From Eledone cirrhosa (taxonomy: Eukaryota), in contig OZ024740.1 in the NCBI GenBank assembly GCA_964016885.1, positions 316,510,001 through 316,574,000 on the forward strand: 64,000 nucleotides of DNA, in the 5' to 3' direction. Of the stretch, positions 46,601 to 63,300 are shown one piece after another. Under the pieces are notes generated by a model. That model saw nothing but the letters and a program-made list of their open reading frames with translations, was not told the DNA's origin and did no database searches. Position 1 is the stretch's first letter. Each line of letters opens with the position of its first letter. A program made the translations under genes and the position numbers.

Positions 46601-49600
46601 ATTAAACTATTGGACACTACTACCATCATATATAGAACTATATTAAACTATTGGACACTACTACCATCATATATAGAACTATAGTAAACTATTGGAAACT
46701 ACTACCATCATCTATAGAACTATATTAAACTATTGGACGCCACTAGCATCATATATAAAACTATATAAAACTATTTTCCCACCTCTTTCTGTTTCAACCA
46801 ACCATAACTGGCCACTCATACTGATTAAGTTATGGTTCTCAAAATAAAAAATATCAAAATCTCATAGATTCGATATTATGTCAGGTAAAGCCTTTATCAT
46901 GAAAATATAATTGTAAATATGAAGTAACGTAAATACTAAAGTTTAAACTGTATTGAAACAACTACCATCATATATTAAACATTTGGACACTATGGCCATC
47001 ATATATAGAACTATATTAAATTATTGGACACTACTACCATCATATATAGAACTATATTAAACTATTGGACACTACTACCATCATATATTGAGTTATATTA
47101 AAATATTGAACACTACTACCATCATATATAGAACTATATTAAAATGTTGGACACTGCTACCATCATATATAGAACTATATTAAACTGTTGGACACTACTA
47201 CCATCATATATGGAATTATATTAAACTATTGGACACTACTACCATCATATATAGAACTATATTAAACTGTTGGACACTACTACCATCATATATAGAACTA
47301 TATTAAACTATTGGAGACTACTACCATCATATATAGAACTATATTAAACTGTTGGACACTACTACCATCATATATAGAACTATATTAAACTATTGGACAC
47401 TACTACCATCATATATAGAACTATATTAAACTTTTGGACACTACTACCATCATATATAGAACTATATTAAACTATTGGACACTACTACCATCATATATAG
47501 AACTATTTTAAACTATTGGACACTACTACCATCATATATAGAACTATATTAAACTATTGGACACTACTACCATCATATATAGAACTATATTAAACTTTTG
47601 GACACTACTACCATCATATATAGAACTATATGAAACTATTGGACACTACTACCATCATATATAGAACTATATTAAACTGTTGGACACTGCTATCATCATA
47701 TATAGAACTATATTACATTGTTGGACACTACTACCATCATATATAGAACTATATTAAACTATTGGACACTACTACCATCATATATAGAACTATAGTAAAC
47801 TATTGGAAACTACTACCATCATCTATAGAACTATATTAAACTATTGGACACTACTACCATCATATATAGAACTATATTAAACTATTGGACACTACTACCA
47901 TCATATATAGAACCATATTAAACTATTGGACACTACTACCATCATATATAGAACTATATTAAACTATTGGACACTACTACCATCATATATAAAACTATAT
48001 TAAACTATTTTCCCACCTCTTTCTGTTTCAACCAACCATAACTGGCCACTCATACTGATTAATTTATGGTTCTCAAAATAAATAATATCAAAATCTCATA
48101 GATTCGATATTACGTCAGGTAAAGCCTTTATCATGAAAATATAATAGTAAATATAAAGTAATGTAAATACTAAAGTTTAAACTGTATTGAAACAACTACC
48201 ATCATATATTAAACTGTTGGACACTACGGCCATGATATATAGAACTATATTAAACTATTGGACAGTGCTACCATCATATATAGAACTATATTAAACTGTT
48301 GAACACTACTACCCTCATATATAGAACTATATTAAACTATTGGAGACTACTACCCTCATATATAGAACTATATTAAACTATTGGACACTACTATCATCAT
48401 ATATAGAACTATATTAAACTAGTGGACACAACTACCATCATATATAGAACCATATTAAACTATTGGACACTACTACCATCATATATAGAACTATATTAAA
48501 CTATTGGACACTACTACCATCATATATAGAACCATATTAAACTATTGGACACTACTACCATCATATATAGAACTATATTAAACTATTGGACACTACTACC
48601 ATCATATATAGAACTATAGTAAACTATTGGAAACTACTACCATCATCTATAGAACTATATTAAACTATTGGACGCCACTAGCATCATATATAAAACTATA
48701 TAAAACTATTTTCCCACCTCTTTCTGTTTCAACCAACCATAACTGGCCACTCATACTGATTAAGTTATGGTTCTCAAAATAGAAAATATCAAAATCTCAT
48801 AGATTCGATATTATGTCAGGTAAAGCCTTTATCATGAAAATATAATTGTAAATATGAAGTAACGTAAATACTAAAGTTTAAACTGTATTGAAACAACTAC
48901 CATCATATATTAAACTGTTGGACACTACGGCCATCATATATAGAACTATATTAAATTATTGGACACTACTACCATCATATATAGAACTATATTAAACTAT
49001 TGGACACTACTACCATCATATATTGAGCTATATTAAAATATTGAACACTACTACCATCATATATAGAACTATATTAAAATGTTGGACACTGCTACCATCA
49101 TATATAGAACTATATTAAACTGTTGGACACTACTACCATCATATATGGAATTATATTAAACTATTGGACACTACTACCATCATATATAGAACTATATTAA
49201 ACTATTGGACACTACTACCATCATATATAGAACCATATTAAACTATTCGACACTACTACCATCATATATAGAACTATATTAAACTATTGGACACTACTAC
49301 CATCATATATAGAACTATATTAAACTTTTGGACACTACTACCATCATATATAGAACTATATTAAACTATTGGACACTACTACCATCATATATATAACTAT
49401 TTTAAACTATTGGACACTACTACCACCATATATAGAACTATATTAAACTATTGGACACTACTACCATCATATATAGAACTATATTAAACTTTTGGACACT
49501 ACTACCATCATATATAGAACTATATTAAACTATTGGACACTACTACCATCATATATAGAACCATATTAAACTATTGGACACTACTACCATCATATATAGA

Positions 49601-52600
49601 ACTATATTAAACTATTGGACACTACTACCATCATATATAGAACTATTGGACACTACTACCATCATATATAGAACTATATTAAACTATTGGACACTACTGC
49701 CATCATATATAGAACTATATTAAACTATTGGACATTGCTATCATCATATATAGAACTATATTAAACTATTTTCTCCCCTCTTTCTGTTTCAACCAACCAT
49801 AACTGGCCACTCATACTGATTAAGGTATGGTTCTCAAAATAAATAATATCAAAATCTCATAGATTCGATAATATGTTAGGTAAAGCCTTTATCATGAAAA
49901 TATAATAGTAAATATAAAGTAATGTAAATACTAAAGTTTAAACTGTATTGAAACAACTACCATCATATATTAAACTGTTGGACACTACGGCCATGATATA
50001 TAGAACTATATTAAACTATTGGACAGTGCTACCATCATATATAGAACTATATTAAACTGTTGGACACTACTACCATCATATATAGAACTATATTAAACTA
50101 TTGGAGACTACTACCATCATATATAGAACTATATTAAACTATTGGACACTACTACCATCATATGTAGAACTATATTAAACTATTGGACACTACTACCATC
50201 ATATATAAAACTATATTAAACTATTTTCCCGCCCCTTTCTGTTTCAACCAACCATAACTGGCCACTCATACTGATTAATTTATGGTTCTCAAAATAAATA
50301 ATATCAAAATCTCATAGATTCGATATTACGTCAGGTAAAGCCTTTATCATGAAAATATAATAGTAAATATAAAGTAATGTAAATACTAAAGTTTAAACTG
50401 TATTGAAACAACTACCATCATATATTAAACTGTTGGACACTACGGCCATGATATATAGAACTATATTAAACTATTGGACAGTGCTACCATCATATATAGA
50501 ACTATATTAAACTGTTGGACACTACTACCATCATATATAGAACTATATTAAACTATTGGAGACTACTACCATCATATATAGAACTATATTAAACTATTGG
50601 ACACTACTACCATCATATGTAGAACTATATTAAACTATTGGACACTGCTATCATCATATATAGAACTATATTAAACTGTTGGACACTACTACCATCATAT
50701 ATAGAACTATATTAAACTATTGGACACTACTACCATCATATATAGAACTATATTAAACTATTGGACACTACTATCATCATATATAGAACTATATTAAACT
50801 ATTGGACACTACTACCATCATATATAGAACCATATTAAACTATTGGACACTACTACCATCATATATAGAACCATATTAAACTATTGGACACTACTACCAT
50901 CATATATAGAACCATATTAAACTATTGGACACTACTACCATCATATATAGAACTATATTAAACTATTGGACACTACTACCATCATATATAGAACTATAGT
51001 AAACTATTGGAAACTACTACCATCATCTATAGAACTATATTAAACTATTGGACGCCACTAGCATCATATATAAAACTATATAAAACTATTTTCCCACCTC
51101 TTTCTGTTTCAACCAACCATAACTGGCCACTCATACTGATTAAGTTATGGTTCTCAAAATAAAAAATATCAAAATCTCATAGATTCGATATTATGTCAGG
51201 TAAAGCCTTTATCATGAAAATATAATTGTAAATATGAAGTAACGTAAATACTAAAGTTTAAACTGTATTGAAACAACTACCATCATATATTAAACATTTG
51301 GACACTATGGCCATCATATATAGAACTATATTAAATTATTGGACACTACTACCATCATATATAGAACTATATTAAACTATTGGACACTACTACCATCATA
51401 TATTGAGCTATATTAAAATATTGAACACTACTACCATCATATATAGAACTATATTAAAATGTTGGACACTGCTACCATCATATATAGAACTATATTAAAC
51501 TGTTGGACACTACTACCATCATATATGGAATTATATTAAACTATTGGACACTACTACCATCATATATAGAACTATATTAAACTGTTGGACACTACTACCA
51601 TCATATATAGAACTATATTAAACTATTGGAGACTACTACCATCATATATAGAACTATATTAAACTGTTGGACACTACTACCATCATATATAGAACTATAT
51701 TAAACTATTGGACACTACTACCATCATATATAGAACTATATTAAACTTTTGGACACTACTACCATCATATATAGAACTATATTAAACTATTGGACACTAC
51801 TACCATCATATATAGAACTATTTTAAACTATTGGACACTACTACCATCATATATAGAACTATATTAAACTATTGGACACTACTACCATCATATATAGAAC
51901 TATATTAAACTTTTGGACACTACTACCATCATATATAGAACTATATGAAACTATTGGACACTACTACCATCATATATAGAACTATATTAAACTGTTGGAC
52001 ACTGCTATCATCATATATAGAACTATATTACATTGTTGGACACTACTACCATCATATATAGAACTATATTAAACTATTGGACACTACTACCATCATATAT
52101 AGAACTATAGTAAACTATTGGAAACTACTACCATCATCTATAGAACTATATTAAACTATTGGACACTACTACCATCATATATAGAACTATATTAAACTAT
52201 TGGACACTACTACCATCATATATAGAACCATATTAAACTATTGGACACTACTACCATCATATATAGAACTATATTAAACTATTGGACACTACTACCATCA
52301 TATATAAAACTATATTAAACTATTTTCCCACCTCTTTCTGTTTCAACCAACCATAACTGGCCACTCATACTGATTAATTTATGGTTCTCAAAATAAATAA
52401 TATCAAAATCTCATAGATTCGATATTACGTCAGGTAAAGCCTTTATCATGAAAATATAATAGTAAATATAAAGTAATGTAAATACTAAAGTTTAAACTGT
52501 ATTGAAACAACTACCATCATATATTAAACTGTTGGACACTACGGCCATGATATATAGAACTATATTAAACTATTGGACAGTGCTACCATCATATATAGAA

Positions 52601-55600
52601 CTATATTAAACTGTTGAACACTACTACCCTCATATATAGAACTATATTAAACTATTGGAGACTACTACCCTCATATATAGAACTATATTAAACTATTGGA
52701 CACTACTATCATCATATATAGAACTATATTAAACTAGTGGACACAACTACCATCATATATAGAACCATATTAAACTATTGGACACTACTACCATCATATA
52801 TAGAACTATATTAAACTATTGGACACTACTACCATCATATATAGAACCATATTAAACTATTGGACACTACTACCATCATATATAGAACTATATTAAACTA
52901 TTGGACACTACTACCATCATATATAGAACTATAGTAAACTATTGGAAACTACTACCATCATCTATAGAACTATATTAAACTATTGGACGCCACTAGCATC
53001 ATATATAAAACTATATAAAACTATTTTCCCACCTCTTTCTGTTTCAACCAACCATAACTGGCCACTCATACTGATTAAGTTATGGTTCTCAAAATAAAAA
53101 ATATCAAAATCTCATAGATTCGATATTATGTCAGGTAAAGCCTTTATCATGAAAATATAATTGTAAATATGAAGTAACGTAAATACTAAAGTTTAAACTG
53201 TATTGAAACAACTACCATCATATATTAAACTGTTGGACACTACGGCCATCATATATAGAACTATATTAAATTATTGGACACTACTACCATCATATATAGA
53301 ACTATATTAAACTATTGGACACTACTACCATCATATATTGAGCTATATTAAAATATTGAACACTACTACCATCATATATAGAACTATATTAAAATGTTGG
53401 ACACTGCTACCATCATATATAGAACTATATTAAACTGTTGGACACTACTACCATCATATATGGAATTATATTAAACTATTGGACACTACTACCATCATAT
53501 ATAGAACTATATTAAACTATTGGACACTACTACCATCATATATAGAACCATATTAAACTATTCGACACTACTACCATCATATATAGAACTATATTAAACT
53601 ATTGGACACTACTACCATCATATATAGAACTATATTAAACTTTTGGACACTACTACCATCATATATAGAACTATATTAAACTATTGGACACTACTACCAT
53701 CATATATATAACTATTTTAAACTATTGGACACTACTACCACCATATATAGAACTATATTAAACTATTGGACACTACTACCATCATATATAGAACTATATT
53801 AAACTTTTGGACACTACTACCATCATATATAGAACTATATTAAACTATTGGACACTACTACCATCATATATAGAACCATATTAAACTATTGGACACTACT
53901 ACCATCATATATAGAACTATATTAAACTATTGGACACTACTACCATCATATATAGAACTATTGGACACTACTACCATCATATATAGAACTATATTAAACT
54001 ATTGGACACTACTGCCATCATATATAGAACTATATTAAACTATTGGACATTGCTATCATCATATATAGAACTATATTAAACTATTTTCTCCCCTCTTTCT
54101 GTTTCAACCAACCATAACTGGCCACTCATACTGATTAAGGTATGGTTCTCAAAATAAATAATATCAAAATCTCATAGATTCGATAATATGTTAGGTAAAG
54201 CCTTTATCATGAAAATATAATAGTAAATATAAAGTAATGTAAATACTAAAGTTTAAACTGTATTGAAACAACTACCATCATATATTAAACTGTTGGACAC
54301 TACTACCATCATATATAGAACTATATTAAACTATTCGACACTACTACCATCATATATAGAATCATATTAAACTATTGGACACTACTACCATCATATATAG
54401 AACTATATTAAACTATTGGACACTACTACCATCATATATAGAATTATATTAAACTTTTGGACACTACTACCATCATATATAGAACTATATTAAACTATTG
54501 GACACTACTACCATCATATATAGAACTATATTAAACTTTTGGACAATACTACCATCATATATAGAACTATATTAAACTATTGGACACTACTACCATCATA
54601 TATAAAACTATATTAAACTATTTTCCCACCTCTTTCTGTTTCAACCAACCATAACTGGCCACTCATACTGATTAATTTATGGTTCTCAAAATAAATAATA
54701 TCAAAATCTCATACATTTGATATTACGTCAGGTAAAGCCTTTATCATGAAAATATAATAGTAAATATAAAGTAATGGAAATACTAAAGTTTAAACTGTAT
54801 TGAAACAACTACCATCATATATTAAACTGTTGGACACTACGGCCATCATATATAGAACTATATTAAATTATTGGACACTACTACCATCATATATAGAAGT
54901 ATATTAAACTATTGGACACTACTACCATCATATATAGAACTATATTAAAATATTGGACACTACTACCATCATATATAGAACTATATTAAACTGTTGGACA
55001 CTGCTACCATCATATATAGAACTATAATAAACTATTGGACACTACTACCATCATATATAGAACTATATTAAACTGTTGGAAACTACTACCATCATATATA
55101 GAACTATTTTAAAATATTGGACACTACTACCATCATATATAGAACTATATTAAACTGTTGGAAACTACTACCATCATATATGGAACTATATTAAACTATT
55201 GGACAGTGCTACCATCATATATAGAACTATATTAAACTATTGGAGACTACTACCATCATATATAGAACCATATTAAACTATTGGACACTACTACCATCAT
55301 ATATAGAACTATATTAAACTATTGGACACTACTACCATCATATATAGAACTATATTAAACTATTTTCTCCCCTCTTTCCGTTTCAACCAACCATAACTGG
55401 GCACTCATACTGATTAAGGTATGGTTCTCAAAATAAATAATATCAAAATCTCATAGATTCGATAATATGTTAGGTAAAGCCTTTATCATGAAAATATAAT
55501 AGTAAATATAAAGTAATGTAAATACTAAAGTTTAAACTGTATTGAAACAACTACCATCATATATTAAACTGTTGGACACTACTACCATCATATATAGAAC

Positions 55601-57130
55601 TATATTAAACTATTGGACACTACTACCATCATATATAGAACTATATTAAACTATTCGACACTACTACCATCATATATAGAATCATATTAAACTATTGGAC
55701 ACTACTACCATCATATATAGAACTATATTAAACTATTGGACACTACTACCATCATATATAGAATTATATTAAACTTTTGGACACTACTACCATCATATAT
55801 AGAACTATATTAAACTATTGGACACTACTACCATCATATATAGAACTATATTAAACTTTTGGACAATACTACCATCATATATAGAACTATATTAAACTAT
55901 TGGACACTACTACCATCATATATAAAACTATATTAAACTATTTTCCCACCTCTTTCTGTTTCAACCAACCATAACTGGCCACTCATACTGATTAATTTAT
56001 GGTTCTCAAAATAAATAATATCAAAATCTCATACATTTGATATTACGTCAGGTAAAGCCTTTATCATGAAAATATAATAGTAAATATAAAGTAATGGAAA
56101 TACTAAAGTTTAAACTGTATTGAAACAACTACCATCATATATTAAACTGTTGGACACTACGGCCATCATATATAGAACTATATTAAATTATTGGACACTA
56201 CTACCATCATATATAGAAGTATATTAAACTATTGGACACTACTACCATCATATATAGAACTATATTAAAATATTGGACACTACTACCATCATATATAGAA
56301 CTATATTAAACTGTTGGACACTGCTACCATCATATATAGAACTATATTAAACTATTGGACACTACTACCATCATATATAGAACTATATTAAACTGTTGGA
56401 AACTACTACCATCATATATAGAACTATTTTAAAATATTGGACACTACTACCATCATATATAGAACTATATTAAACTGTTGGAAACTACTACCATCATATA
56501 TGGAACTATATTAAACTATTGGACAGTGCTACCATCATATATAGAACTATATTAAACTATTGGAGACTACTACCATCATATATAGAACCATATTAAACTA
56601 TTGGACACTACTACCATCATATATAGAACTATATTAAACTATTGGACACTACTACCATCATATATAGAACTATATTAAACTATTTTCTCCCCTCTTTCCG
56701 TTTCAACCAACCATAACTGGGCACTCATACTGATTAAGGTATGGTTCTCAAAATAAATAATATCAAAATCTCATAGATTCGATAATATGTTAGGTAAAGC
56801 CTTTATCATGAAAATATAATAGTAAATATAAAGTAATGTAAATACTAAAGTTTAAACTGTATTGAAACAACTACCATCATATATTAAACTGTTGGACACT
56901 ACTACCATCATATATAGAACTATATTAAACTATTGGACACTACTACCATCATATATAGAACTATATTAAACTATTGGACACTACTACCATCATATATAGA
57001 ATCATATTAAACTATTGGACACAACTACCATCATATATAGAACTATATTAAACTATTGGACACTACTACCATCATATATAGAACTATATTAAACTTTTGG
57101 ACACTACTACCATCATATATAGAACTATAT
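34641..57130 (+). repeat. Copy 2 of the 22,538-bp tandem duplication
   Basis: Modules 35217 to 56685. Matching stops near 57130 (ATGAAA at about 34591 vs ATTAAA at about 57129). Confidence 0.93.
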
Positions 57131-57344
57131 TAAACTATTGGACACTACTACCATCATATATAGAACCATATTAAACTATTGGACACTACTACCATCATAT
57201 ATAGAACTATATTAAACTATTGGACACTACTACCATCATATATAGAACTATAGTAAACTATTGGAAACTACTACGATCATCTATAGAACTATATTAAACT
57301 ATTGGACGCCACTAGCATCATATATAAAACTATATAAAACTATT

Positions 57345-60300
57345 TTCCCACCTCTTTCTGTTTCAACCAACCATAACTGGCCACTCATACTGATTAATTT
57401 ATGGTTCTCAAAATAAATAATATCAAAATCTCATAGATTTGATATTACGTCAGGTAAAGCCTTTATCATGTAAATATAATAGTAAATATAAAGTAATGTA
57501 AATACTAAAGTTTAAACTGTATTGAAACAACTACCATCATATATTAAACTGTTGGACACTACGGCCATCATATATAGAACTATATTAAATTATTGGACAC
57601 TACTACCATCATATATAGAACTATATTAAACTATTGGACACTGCTACCATCATATATAGAACTATATTAAACTGTTGGACACTACTACCATCATATATAG
57701 AAGTATATTAAACTATTGGACACTACTACCATCATATATAGAACTATATTAAAATATTGGACACTACTACCATCATATATAGAACTATATTAAACTGTTG
57801 GACACTGCTACCATCATATATAGAACTATATTAAACTGTTGGACACTACTACCATCATATATACAACTATATTAAACTATTGGACACTACTACCATCATA
57901 TATGGAACTATATTAAACTATTGGACAGTGCTACCATCATATATAGAACTATATTAAACTATTGGAGACTACTACCATCATATATAGAACCATATTAAAC
58001 TATTGGACACTACTACCATCATATATAGAACTATATTAAACTATTGGACACTACTACCATCATATATAGAACTATATTAAACTATTGGACAGTGCTACCA
58101 TCATATATAGAACTATATTAAACTATTGGAGGCTACTACCATCATATATAGAACTATATTAAACTATTGGACACTACTACCATAATATATAGAACTATAT
58201 TAAACTGTTGGAAACTACTACCATCATATATAGAACTATTTTAAAATATTGGACACTACTACCATCATATATAGAACTATATTAAACCGTTGGACACTTC
58301 TACCATCATATATAGAACTATATTAAACTATTGGACACTACTACCATCATATATAGAACTATATTAAACTATTGGACACTACTACCATCATATATAGAAC
58401 CATATTAAACTATTGGACACTACTACCATCATATATAGAACTATATTAAACTATTGGACACTACTACCATCATATATAAAACTATATTAAACTATTTACC
58501 CACCTCTTTCTGTTTCAACCAACCATAACTGGCCACTCATACTGATTAATTTATGGTTCTCAAAATAAATAATATCAAAATCTCATAGATTCGATATTAC
58601 GTCAGGTAAAGACTTTATCATGAAAATATAATAGTAAATATAAAGTAATGTAAATACTAAAGTTTAAACTGTATTGAAACAACTACCATCATATATTAAA
58701 CTGTTGGACACTACTACCATCATATATAGAACTATATTAAATTATTGGACACTACTACCATCATATATAGAACTATATTAAAATATTGGACACTACTACC
58801 ATCATATATAGAACTATATTAAACTGTTGGACACTGCTACCATCATATATAGAACTATATTAAACTGTTGGACACTACTACCATCATATATGGAACTATA
58901 TTAAACTATTGGACAGTGCTACCATCATATATAGAACTATATTAAACTATTGGAGACTACTACCATCATATATAGAACTATATTAAACTATTGGACACTA
59001 CTACCATCATATATAGAACTATATTAAACTATTGGACACTACTACCATCACATATAGAACCATATTAAACTATTGGACACTACTACCATCATATATAGAA
59101 CTATATTAAACTATTGGACACTACTACCATCATATATAGAACTATTGGACACTACTACCATCATATATAGAACTATATTAAACTATTGGACACTACTGCC
59201 ATCATATATAGAACTATATTAAACTATTGGACATTGCTATCATCATATATAGAACTATATTAAACTGTTGGAAACTACTACCATCATATATAGAACTATT
59301 TTAAAATATTGGACACTACTACCATCATATATAGAACTATATTAAACCGTTGGACACTTCTACCATCATATATAGAACTATATTAAACTATTGGGCACTA
59401 CTGCCATCATATATAGAACTATATTAAACTATTGGACATTGCTATCATCATATATAGAACTATATTAAACTATTTTCTCCCCTCTTTCTGTTTCAACCAA
59501 CCATAACTGGCCACTCATACTGATTAAGGTATGGTTCTCAAAATAAATAATATCAAAATCTCATAGATTCGATAATATGTTAGGTAAAGCCTTTATCATG
59601 AAAATATAATAGTAAATATAAAGTAATGTAAATACTAAAGTTTAAACTGTATTGAAACAACTACCATCATATATTAAACTGTTGGACACTACTACCATCA
59701 TATATAGAACTATATTAAACTATTCGACACTACTACCATCATATATAGAATCATATTAAACTATTGGACACTACTACCATCATATATAGAACTATATTAA
59801 ACTATTGGACACTACTACCATCATATATAGAACTATATTAAACTATTGGACACTACTACCATCATATATAGAACTATATTAAACTTTTGGACACTACTAC
59901 CATCATATATAGAACTATATTAAACTATTGGACACTACTACCATCATATATAGAACTATATTAAACTTTTGGACACTACTACCATCATATATAGAACTAT
60001 ATTAAACTATTGGACACTACTGCCATCATATATAAAACTATATTAAACTATTTTCCCACCTCTTTCTGTTTCAACCAACCATAACTGGCCACTCATACTG
60101 ATTAATTTATGGTTCTCAAAATAAATAATATCAAAATCTCATAGATTTGATATTACGTCAGGTAAAGCCTTTATCATGAAAATATAATAGTAAATATAAA
60201 GTAATGTAAATACTAAAGTTTAAACTGTATTGAAACAACTACCATCATATATTAAACTGTTGGACACTACGGCCATCATATATAGAACTATATTAAATTA

Positions 60301-63300
60301 TTGGACACTACTACCATCATATATAGAACTATATTAAACTATTGGACACTGCTACCATCATATATAGAACTATATTAAACTGTTGGACACTACTACCATC
60401 ATATATAGAAGTATATTAAACTATTGGACACTACTACCATCATATATAGAACTATATTAAAATATTGGACACTACTACCATCATATATAGAACTATATTA
60501 AACTGTTGGACACTGCTACCATCATATATAGAACTATATTAAACTGTTGGACACTACTACCATCATATATACAACTATATTAAACTATTGGACACTACTA
60601 CCATCATATATAGAACTATATTAAACTATTGGACAGTGCTACCATCATATATAGAACTATATTAAACTATTGGAGGCTACTACCATCATATATAGAACTA
60701 TATTAAACTATTGGACACTACTACCATAATATATAGAACTATATTAAACTGTTGGAAACTACTACCATCATATATAGAACTATTTTAAAATATTGGACAC
60801 TACTACCATCATATATAGAACTATATTAAACCGTTGGACACTTCTACCATCATATATAGAACTATATTAAACTATTGGACACTACTACCATCATATATAG
60901 AACTATATTAAACTATTGGACACTACTACCATCATATATAGAACCATATTAAACTATTGGACACTACTACCATCATATATAGAACTATATTAAACTATTG
61001 GACACTACTACCATCATATATAAAACTATATTAAACTATTTACCCACCTCTTTCTGTTTCAACCAACCATAACTGGCCACTCATACTGATTAATTTATGG
61101 TTCTCAAAATAAATAATATCAAAATCTCATAGATTCGATATTACGTCAGGTAAAGACTTTATCATGAAAATATAATAGTAAATATAAAGTAATGTAAATA
61201 CTAAAGTTTAAACTGTATTGAAACAACTACCATCATATATTAAACTGTTGGACACTACTACCATCATATATAGAACTATATTAAATTATTGGACACTACT
61301 ACCATCATATATAGAACTATATTAAACTATTGGACACTACTACCATCATATATAGAACTATATTAAAATATTGGACACTACTACCATCATATATAGAACT
61401 ATATTAAACTGTTGGACACTGCTACCATCATATATAGAACTATATTAAACTGTTGGACACTACTACCATCATATATGGAACTATATTAAACTATTGGACA
61501 GTGCTACCATCATATATAGAACTATATTAAACTATTGGAGACTACTACCATCATATATAGAACTATATTAAACTATTGGACACTACTACCATCATATATA
61601 GAACTATATTAAACTATTGGACACTACTACCATCACATATAGAACCATATTAAACTATTGGACACTACTACCATCATATATAGAACTATATTAAACTATT
61701 GGACACTACTACCATCATATATAGAACTATTGGACACTACTACCATCATATATAGAACTATATTAAACTATTGGACACTACTGCCATCATATATAGAACT
61801 ATATTAAACTATTGGACATTGCTATCATCATATATAGAACTATATTAAACTGTTGGAAACTACTACCATCATATATAGAACTATTTTAAAATATTGGACA
61901 CTACTACCATCATATATAGAACTATATTAAACCGTTGGACACTTCTACCATCATATATAGAACTATATTAAACTATTGGGCACTACTGCCATCATATCTA
62001 GAACTATATTAAACTATTGGACATTGCTATCATCATATATAGAACTATATTAAACTATTTTCTCCCCTCTTTCTGTTTCAACCAACCATAACTGGCCACT
62101 CATACTGATTAAGGTATGGTTCTCAAAATAAATAATATCAAAATCTCATAGATTCGATAATATGTTAGGTAAAGCCTTTATCATGAAAATATAATAGTAA
62201 ATATAAAGTAATGTAAATACTAAAGTTTAAACTGTATTGAAACAACTACCATCATATATTAAACTGTTGGACACTACTACCATCATATATAGAACTATAT
62301 TAAACTATTCGACACTACTACCATCATATATAGAATCATATTAAACTATTGGACACTACTACCATCATATATAGAACTATATTAAACTATTGGACACTAC
62401 TACCATCATATATAGAACTATATTAAACTATTGGACACTACTACCATCATATATAGAACTATATTAAACTTTTGGACACTACTACCATCATATATAGAAC
62501 TATATTAAACTATTGGACACTACTACCATCATATATAGAACTATATTAAACTTTTGGACACTACTACCATCATATATAGAACTATATTAAACTATTGGAC
62601 ACTACTGCCATCATATATAAAACTATATTAAACTATTTTCCCACCTCTTTCTGTTTCAACCAACCATAACTGGCCACTCATACTGATTAATTTATGGTTC
62701 TCAAAATAAATAATATCAAAATCTCATAGATTTGATATTACGTCAGGTAAAGCCTTTATCATGAAAATATAATAGTAAATATAAAGTAATGTAAATACTA
62801 AAGTTTAAACTGTATTGAAACAACTACCATCATATATTAAACTGTTGGACACTACGGCCATCATATATAGAACTATATTAAATTATTGGACACTACTACC
62901 ATCATATATAGAACTATATTAAACTATTGGACACTGCTACCATCATATATAGAACTATATTAAACTGTTGGACACTACTACCATCATATATAGAAGTATA
63001 TTAAACTATTGGACACTACTACCATCATATATAGAACTATATTAAAATATTGGACACTACTACCATCATATATAGAACTATATTAAACTGTTGGACACTG
63101 CTACCATCATATATAGAACTATATTAAACTGTTGGACACTACTACCATCATATATACAACTATATTAAACTATTGGACACTACTACCATCATATATAGAA
63201 CTATATTAAACTATTGGACAGTGCTACCATCATATATAGAACTATATTAAACTATTGGAGGCTACTACCATCATATATAGAACTATATTAAACTATTGGA

